Positions 1 to 10,632 of a stretch of DNA of 64,000 nucleotides are shown here, in pieces. The stretch is from positions 77,316,001-77,380,000 of the forward strand of contig NC_086097.1 in NCBI RefSeq assembly GCF_963921235.1, in the 5' to 3' direction. The stretch is from Mobula hypostoma. Taxonomy: Eukaryota. The translations under genes were made by a program, and so were the position numbers. The stretch's first letter is position 1. Each line of letters begins with the position of its first letter. The notes beneath the pieces are model-generated. The model worked only from the letters and a program-made list of their open reading frames with translations, made no database searches and was not told where the DNA came from.

Positions 1-357
1 TTTATAAATAAATTATTCTACAGCGCATAATATGTTAAACATTGTAAAAATATTATTGCATCCGCTTTAACACCCTGTTCATAAATCCTTGCTTCATGTA
101 ATATTTTTGTTACAATGCTGTGTCAAGGCTTTATCATTATAAAATCCAATGTATATATTGGTAATTAAAACTGCCTACATAAACTTGTCATATTGTGGTT
201 ACATTTTTCCACTTGTGGTATTATTGGAGCCCATTAATATTATGTTCCTTAGCTCTTTAGCTATTCTACAGAAAAAAGTTAATTATGCCACAACTTCTGT
301 GGTTTTCAAATTTCTGCAAGTTTTGTTACTTGATCATAAGAGATACCAATTTGCGGC

Positions 358-478
358 ATAGGAACAAAGTATTACAGAGCACTACAGCACACAAACAGGC
401 CATTCTGCCCATTTAGTCCTTGCCAACCTGTTATTCTGCATAGACCCATTGACCCACACCTGGACCATTCCCCTTCCC
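358..478 (-). mobile_element. CR1 LINE 3' UTR/tail fragment
   Basis: Reverse complement reads ...GGGCAGAATGGCCTGTTTGTGTGCTGTAGTGCTCTGT..., like the 3' ends of other CR1 copies here (e.g. 13700-13750). Confidence 0.55.
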
Positions 479-538
479 TGCCAGCAGGCATTGGAGCAGC
501 TCGTCACTCATAAACGAGGACCCTCTGTCACTGTGGAT

Positions 539-2013
539 CTAGCATGGGTGTCCAAACAGAGTGAAGGGCTTGCACAGGGCTTTTATAACTGGCGTGGTAG
601 TGGTGTCTGGGCAGGGGATGGCGAAGGGGAACCATGAGTACTCGTCAATAACATTAAGAAAGTACACATCGCGGTCGGTGGAGGGAAGGGGGCCCTTAAA
701 GTCAACGGTCAGTTGCTTAAAGGGGCGGGTGGCCTTGATTAGTTGTGCCTTTTCAGGTCGGTAGAAGTGCGGTTTGCACTCTGCGCAGACTTGACAGTCC
801 CTGGTCATCGTCCTGATCTCCTCAAGAGAGTAAGGCAGGTTCTGGGCTTTCACGAAGTGGAAAAGCCGGGTGACCCCCGGGTGGCAAAGATCTACATGTA
901 GGGCATATAGCCGGTGGATCTGCGTGTTGGCGCACGTTCCCCGGGATAGAGCATCGGAGGGCTCATTGAGCTTCCCAGGCCTGTACATGGTGTCATAGTT
1001 GTAGGTGGAGAGTTCGATTCTCCACCTCAGAATTTTATCATTTTTGATTTTGCCCCACTGTTGGTTATTAAACATGAATGCGACTGAGCGCTGGTCAGTC
1101 AGCAGGGTGAACTCTTTGCCGGCGAGATAGTGCCACCAGTGCCTAATAGCTTCCACTATGGCCTGGGCCTCTTTCTCCACCGTAGACTGCCGAATTTCAG
1201 GGCTTTGAAAGGTATGGGAGAAGAACGCCACCGGTCTTCCCGCCTAATTGAGGGTAGCAGCCAGTGCGAAGTCAGAGGCGTCACTCTCTACTTGGAAGGG
1301 AATGGCCTCACCGCATGCATTGTTGCTTTGGCAATGTCCCCTTTTATGCGGCTGAAGGCCACGCGGGCCTCGGCAGAGAGGGGGAATGTGGTGGACTTGA
1401 CCAGGGGGCGGGCCTTGTCTGCATAGCTAGAGACCCATTGGGTGTAATATGAAAAGAAGCCTAGGCACCTTTTGAGGGCTCTGAGGATGTTGGGAAGAGA
1501 GAGTTCCAACAGGGGGCACATACGGTCGGGGTCAGGGCCAATGACTCCGTTCTCCACGACACACCCAAGGATAGCAAGTCGGGTGGTTCCGAACACACAC
1601 TTGTCCTTGTTATAGGTGAGATTGAAAGCTTTGGCCACTTGGAAAAATTTTTGGAGGTTGTTCTCGTGATCCTGCCGGTCGTGACCGCAGATGGTGATGT
1701 TATCCAGATATGGGAACGTGGCCTTCAGTTGGCACTGGTCCACCATCCGGTCCATTGCCCTCTGGAAGACAGATACACCATTCGTGACACCGAAGGGGAC
1801 GCGCAGGAAGTGGTAAAGCCTGCCGTCCGCCTCGAAGGCAGTGTAAGGGCGGTCCTCCCGGCGGATGGGGAGCTGATGGTAAGCGGATTTTAGGTCTATG
1901 GTCGAGTACACCTTGTACTGTGCTATCGGATTGACCATATCTGCGATGCGGGGTAGAGGGTACGTGTCGAGCTGCGTGAACCTATTGATGGTCTGGCTAT
2001 AGTCCACGACCAT
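539..2013 (-). pseudogene. pol: Gypsy pol RT-RNaseH-integrase, frameshifted (ORFs 1288-2013 and 539-1231)
   Basis: RT and RNaseH/IN motifs in two ORFs separated by a frameshift. Integrase sequence continues past the TAG at 539 to about 476. Confidence 0.9.
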
Positions 2014-2280
2014 CCTATTCTTCTCCCCGTTCTGAACAATGACTACCTGCTACCTCAATGACCCCCTCCCTAAGCAGCCGCTGCACCTCCGACTTAATGA
2101 AGGCTCTGTCCCCCGTGCTGTACCTCCTGCTTTTAGTTGCCACAGGTTTACAGTCGGGGGTCAGGTTGGCGAACAGCGGTGGGGGAGGGATCCTGAGGGT
2201 GGAGAAGCCGCAAGTGGCATTGGTAGTGTGGCAGTTGGCATGGTGTTGGGTGGGATGTGCGGGTCGGTGTGTGTGGGTGG

Positions 2281-2754
2281 TCAGTAGCAGGGTATGTGAA
2301 GTATTCCTACAAACTGGGGATTTACGACAGTGATTGGTGGGAGGGGCCCATCATACTCCATTGTCACGCTTTTCAGGTGGCTCTGGAAGTCGAGCCCCAA
2401 TACCACAGGGGCACACAGTTGAGGCATGACCAGTAACGTAAAGTCTCGATATTCTGTGCCCTGCACCACTAGCGTCGCTACACAGCCCTCCCGGATGTTT
2501 GTTGTATGTGACCCAGAAGCCATGGTGACCCTCTGACTTACCGGGCGTATTGCGAGTCCACAATGCTGCACCGTGTCCAGGTGGATAAAACTCTCCGTGC
2601 TGTCCGTGTCAAACAGGCAGCTTGTCCTGCGCCCTTCCACCAAGATGTCCATCACTGACCTTGCTAGCTGGTGGGGAGCGCTTTGGTCGAGGGTCACGGA
2701 TGCCAGGGTTGAGTCGCTGTTTTGGGCCAGCGTGGTGGGGTGCCCCGTGAGCAT
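2281..2754 (-). pseudogene. Gypsy aspartic protease region
   Basis: CLFDTDSTESFI (mutated DTG motif) and VVLGLDF, typical of retropepsins. Confidence 0.85.
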
Positions 2755-2879
2755 CCGTTGGTCATAGGCGGTGGGAGGTGGTGCCGACCAAGATGGCCAC
2801 CCCCATGTCTCGCATATGGTGGCGGCATGCAGGCAAGATGGCGACCCCCATGTCTCACATGCGGCGCTGCTCGATCCCG

Positions 2880-3621
2880 CTTGCGGTTTGGACTTACAGA
2901 CCTTGGCAAAGTGGCCCTTGTTTCCGCAGCTAGAGCAGGTAGCTTCTCAGGCTGAGCAGCGTTTCTGGGGGTGCTTCTCGAGTCCGCGGAAGTAGCACTT
3001 CGCAGACTTGCGACTGGCAGCAGCCGAGGTTGATTTGTCAGCGAGTTGTGGGGTCTGCGGTGCCCATGGGACCATCGGGGGATCGCGTGCCTGGAGAGCC
3101 TCAGAGTTGTGCAGAGCGGCCTCCAGCATGTCGGCCAGCTCAATCGCCGAACGTAAGGTAAAATTAGCTTTTTCCAGCAGCCGCTGGCGCACATACACTG
3201 ACCTGGTCCCCGTGGTGAAGGCCTCTCTCACTAGGAGCTCTGCATGCTGTTGTGCCATCAGCCCCTGGCAGCCGCAGGTCCCCTTGAGCATCTGTAGTGC
3301 CCGGACAAACTCAGCACTTGATTCCCCGGGCCGCTGGTGCCATGTAGCTAAATGATGCCGCGCATAGGCGGTGTTTACCAGCTGCAGGTATTGTCCTTTG
3401 AGTGCGCTCATTGCGCCGTCATCGCTCGGCTGGTCTCTGATCATCGAGTAGACCCGTGGACTGACCCTGGAAAGGAGAACTCTGTGCTTCGCTGTGGAGT
3501 TGGTCACTTCAATCGCCTCTAGGTATAATTCGAAGCAGGCCAGCCAGAGTTCGAAAGCGTTTTCAGCTTCAGGTGTTTGCGGGTCGAGGTCTAACTTGTC
3601 GGGTCTCAGAACGCGTTCCAT
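2880..3621 (-). pseudogene. gag: Gypsy gag with a premature stop before the second zinc knuckle
   Basis: ORF 2947-3621 (MERVLRPDKLDLDP...QRPGES...), then TGA, then in-frame CSSCGNKGHFAKVC. Confidence 0.85.
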
Positions 3622-3646
3622 GCTTTAAAATTACTGCGAATAAAAT

Positions 3647-3856
3647 TCACATCAATAACTCCAAAAGAGTGGAAGTAGAGCAAATATAAAATGTGACCTC
3701 CAGCATGCTGAGTGTCTGCCCCTGGACTGAGAGGAGGAGCCAAGGCCCAATCACCTTTATTCAGTGGTCTGTGGGAGGAGCCACAGGGGCAGTCAGCAGA
3801 GGGGCGTGTCCAGACAGGTAACCCAGTTACAACATATATATATATGGTTTACCACA
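3647..3856 (-). repeat. 5' LTR of the Gypsy element
   Basis: Begins TGTGGTAAAC on the minus strand just upstream of gag. Its 3' boundary is imprecise. Confidence 0.65.
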
Positions 3857-5030
3857 GGTAAGGGATATCAAAAGGTTGAAATAGAGAAGACTGCAGATGA
3901 GTGAACCTCTGAGGGATTTAGATGTTTGAATGTATGAATCACTGAAAGCTAGCAGCCAGTTCCAACATTAGTGAAGAAAGAAAATGGCATTCTGGTCTTC
4001 ATTGAAAAGGGGCTGAAATGGTATAAAGTTTTGGTAAGGCCTATCTGGAATACTGCTTACAGTATTTATCCCATGACCTAAAAAAATGATATAGTAACGT
4101 TGGAGGTAGTACGAAGGAGATTCACCAGGCTCATTCATAGTGTGTGAGGGTTGTCCTTTTAAGTGAGACTAAATCGGGTGGGCCAATATTGCTTGGGGTT
4201 TAGAAGAAAAAAGGGTTACCTTATTCATGCCACAACCACGGATTCAGCAGCACAGCAGATACGGCAAATGTGCTCGTGAATATGCATGTAAGCGCTAATT
4301 ATTATTTCATTGTGATAGTATTTAATTCCATTCATTCCATCGTAGTGCTTGTTGAGATGAACACAGCACAACAATGCTTCACTGACTGTTTTTTCATTCA
4401 GCCTTGCCTGAGAAATTGTTTCAACTGACTCTGAAGATAACGGTATTATTTTTATATTTAGTTATTCCTTTCAGCCACAGTGTAGACTTTGTTTTCCATT
4501 TGAGAGTTTTAGTTAATGGCCCTGTTGGGCCTAACGTTTATTGTTTTCTTTTTCCTTTGACACTCTTCGCATTAAAGTCTGTGAACTATCGACCCGCTTC
4601 AGTGTCTCTCACTCCGCACTTGGGCCATATCCGAACCTGGTGACAATTCAAGTACATAAGATCCCAAGGGAGCTTGACAGTGTAAATGTTGAGTTGTTTT
4701 CACTACTGGGAGAATCTCTAACAAAATATAATAATACAAGATAAGGGCCAATATTTTAAAATTGAGATATACAGACATTTCTTCTCACAGAGGGTGATGA
4801 ATCTCTGGAATCCTCTGCCCTGGCAGGTGGTAGAAACTGAAGCATTAGAAATATTGAAAATGGAGGTGGATGAATGTTTAGTGGATTGAGGAATGGATGG
4901 AATCGGAGAACTAGCACAGAAGAGAAGTTGAGGCCTGCATAAATCAGGCATGATCATGTTAAATACTGGTACAAGTTTAAGTGGCAACGTGGCTTATTCT
5001 TGCTCCTATTTTCTACTGTTATTGTTTTCT
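3857..5030 (+). mobile_element. Degenerate CR1 3' fragment interrupted by a solo LTR
   Basis: Decayed KKANGxL, LEYCxQxW and RRFTR motifs and a CR1 tail near 4940-5015. The LINE is colinear across the 4228-4645 insert. Confidence 0.8.
4228..4645 (+). mobile_element. Solo LTR (418 bp)
   Basis: TGCCAC...GTGACA termini, 5-bp TSD ATTCA (4223-4227, 4646-4650), and ATTAAA near 4571. Confidence 0.85.
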
Positions 5031-5096
5031 ACTTCATCAGAAGGTCATGGTTGTAGGAAATTAAGTGTTTATGAAATTACTTTGAGCTTTAATTTT

Positions 5097-5232
5097 GGGG
5101 TAGCACAGTAGTGTAGTGGTTTGTGTAACACTGTTACAATAGCAGCTATCTAGGTTTCACTCTGCTGCTGTCTGTCAGGAATTTGTATGTTCTCCCTCTG
5201 ATCATGTGACTTTCCTTCGGGTGCTCCATTTT
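5097..5232 (+). mobile_element. tRNA-headed SINE 5' fragment (HE1/V-SINE-like)
   Basis: A-box/B-box-like head followed by the GGAATTTGTATGTTCTCCC...GGGTGCTCC core shared with the SINEs at 33.5 and 58.7 kb. Confidence 0.6.
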
Positions 5233-5324
5233 AAAATAGTCACCAAGAAATCCTATATGAAATTCCCAAGAAATTTCTTTACCAGAAGTGGGAGTGAATG
5301 TGAAACTCACCATCAAGGGAAATA

Positions 5325-5873
5325 GTTGCATTATGGCCTGTATGGGAGCACCAATGTCTTTAAGCAGAAAATCCTGCAAAAGATACTGGATTCGGCCCAG
5401 TACATAATGGGTAATGCTCTTCCAACCATTGAGCACATCTACATGAAATACTGTTGTAGGAAAGCAGCATCTATCATCAAAGATCTTCACCACCCAGTCC
5501 ATGCTCTTCTCTCGCTGCCGCCATCAAGCAGAAACTACAAGTGCTTCAGGACTCATATCACCAGGTTCAAGAACAGTTACTACCCCTCAACCAGCTGGTT
5601 CTTGAACAAAAGAGGATAATTACACTCATTTACTGAGATGTTTCCACATCCAATGATCTCACTTTAAGGACTCTTTATCGTGTTATTTCATGCTTTTGTT
5701 ATTTCTAGCTATTTACTTATATTGTCTTCTATGCGCTTGCTCTTTTATTGATCCTGTTTGCAGTTACTATTCTATAGATTTGCTGAGTATGCCTGAAGGA
5801 AAAAGAATCTCAGGGTTGTATCTGGTGACATGTATGTGCTCTGATAGTAAATTTTACTTTAACTTTGAACTTC
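5325..5873 (+). mobile_element. Rex1/Babar-type LINE 3' end
   Basis: ORF 5326-5619 (KAASIIKDLHHPVHALLSLPPS...RFKNSYYP), then a 3' UTR and an AACTTTG-type tail. Confidence 0.8.
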
Positions 5874-6237
5874 AAAATGGTTGAAGTGAATTGTATTTAT
5901 GGGGAGACTGAACAAATATTTACAGGAGATGGGAAAAGAGGGTTATGCTGATATATTTACATATGAGAATACAAATTCTAACATTGACTAATTGGGCTGA
6001 ATGGCCCTTTCCTGTCCATATATCCTATCCCATTGTTCTATTCAAATTCAGTTTTCATGTTTGCAAGTAAGTGTTTTGGTTTTAATTCTGTCTCCATTCC
6101 ACAAGTTCAATCAGTAGGTACAATCAACATCACTTTGCATCAAAAGAACAACAATTCCTGCCTGCTGAGTCACAAAGAAGCAAGGAAAATGCAATAGAAT
6201 TAAGGTTTAAACACTGAAGCTTTTTCTCTTTGTTTTG

Positions 6238-6662
6238 ACCTTCTATCCACACTGAAACGGCGTTTTCATCCCCCGAAAACAGAGATTTTCAGAAACAATC
6301 TCCAGAGTGAATAAATCTGAAAACGCCTAATATCCGTTGTAGTGTGTATGGGGTAACCGGAGAGATTTAAGAACGCTGTCATGACAACGCCACAACAACT
6401 ATGTTTTTTCTGTTTCTGCTTGGTACTGCGCAAGCTGTTATAATGCGCAGTCGGTGTGAACGACGTGAGAGTTAAATTGTAAAGTGAACTTTTTTGACTA
6501 TTTAAAAACGCTGTCATGACGTACCAGAACAGATAGCCGTGTTGTTTTCTTGAACGCAACCACCTAACAATTTCAGAACAGACGGCAACGAGACTGAAGC
6601 CAGAAGAGTTAGAAATGTACTCACCAAATACTTTGACCCATAACTTACTGAATAAATAAGTA
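6238..6662. mobile_element. Probable non-autonomous DNA transposon (PIF/Harbinger-like) fragment
   Basis: CpG-rich island with TCCACAC/GTGTG and GAAAACG subterminal-type motifs and a repeated AACGCTGTCATGAC. Truncated by the Penelope copy, so only one end is visible. Confidence 0.4.
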
Positions 6663-6664
6663 TC

Positions 6665-7538
6665 ACACATCAAAGTTGCTGGTGAACGCAGCAGGCCAGG
6701 CAGCATCTATAGGAAGAGGCGCAGTCGACGTTTCAGGCCGAGACCCTTCGTCAGGACTAACTGAAGGAAGAGTGAGTAAGGGATTAGAAAGCTGGAGGGG
6801 GAGGGGGAGATGCAAAATGATAGGAGAAGACAGGAGGGGGAGGGATAGAGCCGAGAGCTGGACAGGTGATAGGCAAAAGGGGATACGAGAGGATCATGGG
6901 ACAGGAGGTCTGGGAAGAAAGACGGGGGGGGGTGACCCAGAGGATGGGCAAGAGGTATGTTCAGAGGGACAGAGGGAGAAAAAGGAGAGTGAGAGAAAGA
7001 ATGTGTGCATAAAAATGAGTAACAGATGGGGTACGAGGGGGAGGTGGGGCCTAGCGGAAGTTAGAGAAGTCAATGTTCATGCCATCAGGTTGGAGGCTAC
7101 CCAGACGGAATATAAGGTGTTGTTCCTCCAACCTGAGTGTGGCTTCATCTTTACAGTAGAGGAGGCCGTGGATAGACATGTCAGAATGGGAATGGGATGT
7201 GGAATTAAAATGTGTGGCCACTGGGAGATCCTGCTTTCTCTGGCGGACAGAGCGTAGATGTTCAGCAAAGCGGTCTCCCAGTCTGTGTCGGGTCTCACCA
7301 ATATATAAAAGGCCACATCGGGAGCACCGGACGCAGTATATCACCCCAGTCGACTCACAGGTGAAGTGATGCCTCACCTGGAAGGACTGTTTGGGGCCCT
7401 GAATGGTGGTAAGGGAGGAAGTGTAAGGGCATGTGTAGCACTTGTTCCGCTTACACGGATAAGTGCCAGGAAGGAGATCAGTGGGGAGGGATGGGGGGGA
7501 CGAATGGACAAGGGAGTTGTGTAGGGAGCGATCCCTGA
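6665..7538 (-). mobile_element. Penelope-like element 3' part: GIY-YIG endonuclease plus hammerhead-bearing 3' region
   Basis: ORF 7051-7578: CESTGVIYCVRCSRCGLLYIGETRHRLGDRFAEH...HF...PDGMN, the GIY-YIG domain with the PLE CCHH pattern. Confidence 0.92.
6723..6758 (-). ncRNA. Minimal type I hammerhead ribozyme, intact core
   Basis: Minus strand AGTC-CTGACGA-AGG(gtctcgg)CCT-GAAA-CGTC-GACT: stem I, CUGANGA box, stem II, GAAA box, palindromic ACGU stem III and a GUC cleavage triplet. Confidence 0.85.
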
Positions 7539-8130
7539 TGGAGCCATTTTCTTTGTCTAATTCTGAAAGTGGGAGCAAATTGAATCACTTGTCAAGGGGA
7601 AGTTTACAGCACCTTGAGAGGATGTTTGCGAAATTGTTAGCTGTTGCTCTCTTGTTAATGGGACATCATTGCAGAATAAAATGGTTGACATTATTCAGGC
7701 AGGAGAAGCAGTCAGGGAAGTATAAGGAGCTTTAGTAATGAGGTTGAAAGCTTTACAGTGATGCATTTGAACATAGCAAACCAGAATTATTACTCTCCTT
7801 TAGAAAAGCTTTCTCCACATAACCTTCTAAACATTGGAACATAATAGTGAGAAGCAGGCATAGGTTACCTAGTTCTTTCATACATCAAAATCAACACTGC
7901 TGTTTTCCCTTAGCCTTATGATCCTGCACAACCTCATATCCCTCGATTCCCTTTCCAAAAATTTAGCCATCTTTGCTTTGAATGAGCTTCATGACTGGGC
8001 CTCCACACACCTGTGTTGTAGAGAATTCACCCTAAGCATGAAGGAGTTTCTCCCCAACTCACCCATAATTGGCATACTCCTTAGGCTGCCACTTCTGGTG
8101 CTAAGACTGTCAGTCAGGTGGTACATCCTA

Positions 8131-8365
8131 CGCAGCACACACAAAATGCTGGAGGAGCTCAGCAGGTCAGGCAGTATCTATGGAAATGAATAGATAGTCG
8201 GCATTTCATGGTGAGACCCTTCTTCAGGACTGAGAAAGGAAGGGGAAGATGCCAGAATAAAAAGGTGGTGGGAGGGGAAGGAGGCTAGTGGAAGGTGACA
8301 GGTGAACAGGTATGGGTGAGTACATGGTTGAAGAGCTGGAGGGCAGCAGAAATCACAGAGGGGGA
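8131..8365 (-). mobile_element. Penelope-like 3' fragment with a degenerate hammerhead (8196-8231)
   Basis: Homologous to 6665-6900; minus strand AGTC-CTGAAGA...GAAA-TGCC-GACT. Confidence 0.75.
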
Positions 8366-8454
8366 GCAGTGAGAAAGGGTTGCACTGAACTCCCATCCAA
8401 GAGAAGATTTAAACTTCTTCTTAAAGAGACTTCACAGTGGAGCAGCAAATCATA

Positions 8455-8645
8455 AGCACAAGGAAGTCTGCAAATGCTAGAAATCCAAAGTAACACCGAC
8501 AAAATGCTGGAGGAACTCATCAGGTCAGGCAGCATCTGTGGAAATGAATAGATAGTCGATGTTTCGGTCATAGACCTCTTCTTCAGGACTGAGAAGGAAG
8601 AGGGAAGATGCCAGAATAAAAAGGTGAGGGGAGGGGAAGGAGGCT
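8455..8645 (-). mobile_element. Penelope-like 3' fragment with a degenerate hammerhead (8554-8590)
   Basis: Paralogous to 8131-8365; minus strand AGTC-CTGAAGA...GGTCtatGACC-GAAA-CATC-GACT. Confidence 0.75.
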
Positions 8646-10500
8646 TTCCCCTTGCTTTCACCCTGTTAAGCTCTATCAGGACTTCTGTAAGTTTCAGTGA
8701 GATGGCTCTTGTTGTTCCAAATCTTAGAGAATATAAAATTAGTTCAATCAGTCTGTCCTCATATGCCCCAGACGACAGAGGAAGTAGGAAGATCATGCCA
8801 GACAATGTCAATCACAATTTAGTAAATTCTAAAGATATTCCAAAAGGTATTTTTTATAAAGTAATTCTAGTCATTTTTCATTTCTATAGTTGACTCAGAG
8901 TTTCACTAAATATGCAGGGCAAAATTTTTATCTGAATTAATACAATTCAGCCATCAACTCCAGTGGAATCGATTTATGATCTTTTGGGAGGAAAGGATGA
9001 ATGATCCAATGACTTTTTCATGATTAATTCTGCTTATTCAAATGTAGAAGTCAATTTCACATTTATCGTCATCTTACTTAACTACTTTACAAATGCCTTC
9101 TCCTTCTGCATTGGAAATCTGATCAGTGTGTCTAGAACTGTCTTTAACAATTCTGCAAGAACTGAATAAAAGTGGGAGAGGCAGAAAGCATTCAATATTC
9201 AATGGATCATCATTCAAAATATTCAAAAATGCAAAACTGAGATCTTTCACTGATTTGTCTCATTCTTATTAAAATAAAATAAATACATCTCAGCAATAAA
9301 TTTACTGGTGTAGGTTGAAAACTTCAATTTAAATATATGTTGTGCCACTGCTCTGTTCTTCCATCTTCCTATAAATTTGATTCAGCATGGATGTGGATAA
9401 ATCTAACATTTTCTTTAACTATTAAGTGCAAGCAATATAAAACTTCTTTCTTGTTCAGCAAAGGCACTGCATGTTGAAAGTTACCATCCACCTTTAAGTT
9501 ACATCTGGAAGTTTTGGCAAGTATCCGCTTAAGGTAACCACAGAAATGCATCCAGGCTTCATCTATACAACAGGCCCATTTTCACCAAATGTTTAGTCTA
9601 CAGTACTTCTATGCTCATTGAGAAGGGGAGCTGCATACAAAAAAAATTAATTAAAATGTAGATTATTCAGGGCAGAAGTTGTAGAGCAATGATTATTATC
9701 GTGTAGAGCAATGCGAGAGCAAAGCAAGTTTGCAATCATGCAAAATAAGTAGGCAGCCAAATGAAACACAGTAGGGAGGATATTGCTGAAAAGCATTTTT
9801 TGAAAGTATGCTGCACATATGGATTTCATTAACACGATCTTTTTAACACACCATTTGGGAAATCTTTGGAATAATTTAGGACTCTACAGTCTTTTACTCA
9901 CTTCACTGAAAATAATACTATGTATTCCACTGTTCACTCCTTATCATGATTTGTCATTCCTCTGTAGAAATCATGTCTGATTGGTGCCAAATATTTTTTT
10001 CTAGGCTTTGGGACAAAACTGCCCCAGTCTGAAAGATATATTTTAGCAAAGACTTTTGGCTCTGATTACAGAAACAGAATATTTTCGGCTGTTTTACCAG
10101 TTTGGCATCACTTGTTCTGAGACAGTAGCCCTTCAATGCTCAGGCATTTGCAAAAGCTGGCAAATGCTATAACAATTGTTCTCTTAAATTAAGCAGATTT
10201 CTTGCCAGTATAATTCAAAACAAGTGTGTTTATGTATCAATTAAAACTCATGAAGCAATGCTATAAGTTCAGATTTGTACTTTGATTTCTCTACCATGAT
10301 TTTACCTTAGTGTAGGAGTCTCTTGGGATAGTAGGCCATTTTAACTCCTTTGCCTCATTTGTTTGCTGATTACTCGTGCTCTAACCTGTGGAAAAACAAG
10401 GGAGACAGTGGGAGATGAGTCTTAGAAATATCACCCAGAATTCAGCTGAGAAGTTTGCAGAAGTGGAGAAAATGGGGTCTGGAATTAATCAGGATCTTGA

Positions 10501-10632
10501 GGTGAGAGAATGCGTGAAAAGGGACAGGTTTTCTTATTCAGCATGGAAGGATTAATTGTAGGTGGGACAATACCTGAAATGGGGCAGGTTTTCTCATTCA
10601 GCATGGAAGGAACACTTACAGGTGGGACAATT
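10501..10632. repeat. 60-bp tandem duplication (about 2.2 copies)
   Basis: CAGGTTTTCT(T/C)ATTCAGCATGGAAGGA...GGTGGGACAAT recurs with a 60-nt period. Confidence 0.85.

Larger units (their letters stand above)
476..3856 (-). mobile_element. Ty3/Gypsy LTR retrotransposon, 3'-truncated and degenerate (5' LTR, gag, PR, RT, RNaseH, partial IN)
   Basis: Domains in Gypsy order on the minus strand: gag with a CCHC knuckle (CSSCGNKGHFAKVC), protease (LFDTDSTESF), RT (IDLKSAYHQL, VPFGV, YLDN), RNaseH (EKEAQAIVEA, LLTDQRS), integrase (HxxxxH/CxxC, VDFKGP, VIDEYS, IHSDRG). Contains stops and frameshifts; no 3' LTR. Confidence 0.93.
7830..8770 (-). mobile_element. Old CR1 3' fragment split by two Penelope 3' fragments
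   Basis: CR1-like antisense sequence at 7830-8130 resumes near 8646. Confidence 0.6.

Noticed and set aside
5097..5175. tRNA gene
   Set aside because: Degenerate tRNA-like SINE head with no intact cloverleaf, followed by the SINE core.
6676..7257. 193-aa plus-strand ORF
   Set aside because: Antisense shadow of the Penelope element across purine-rich sequence.
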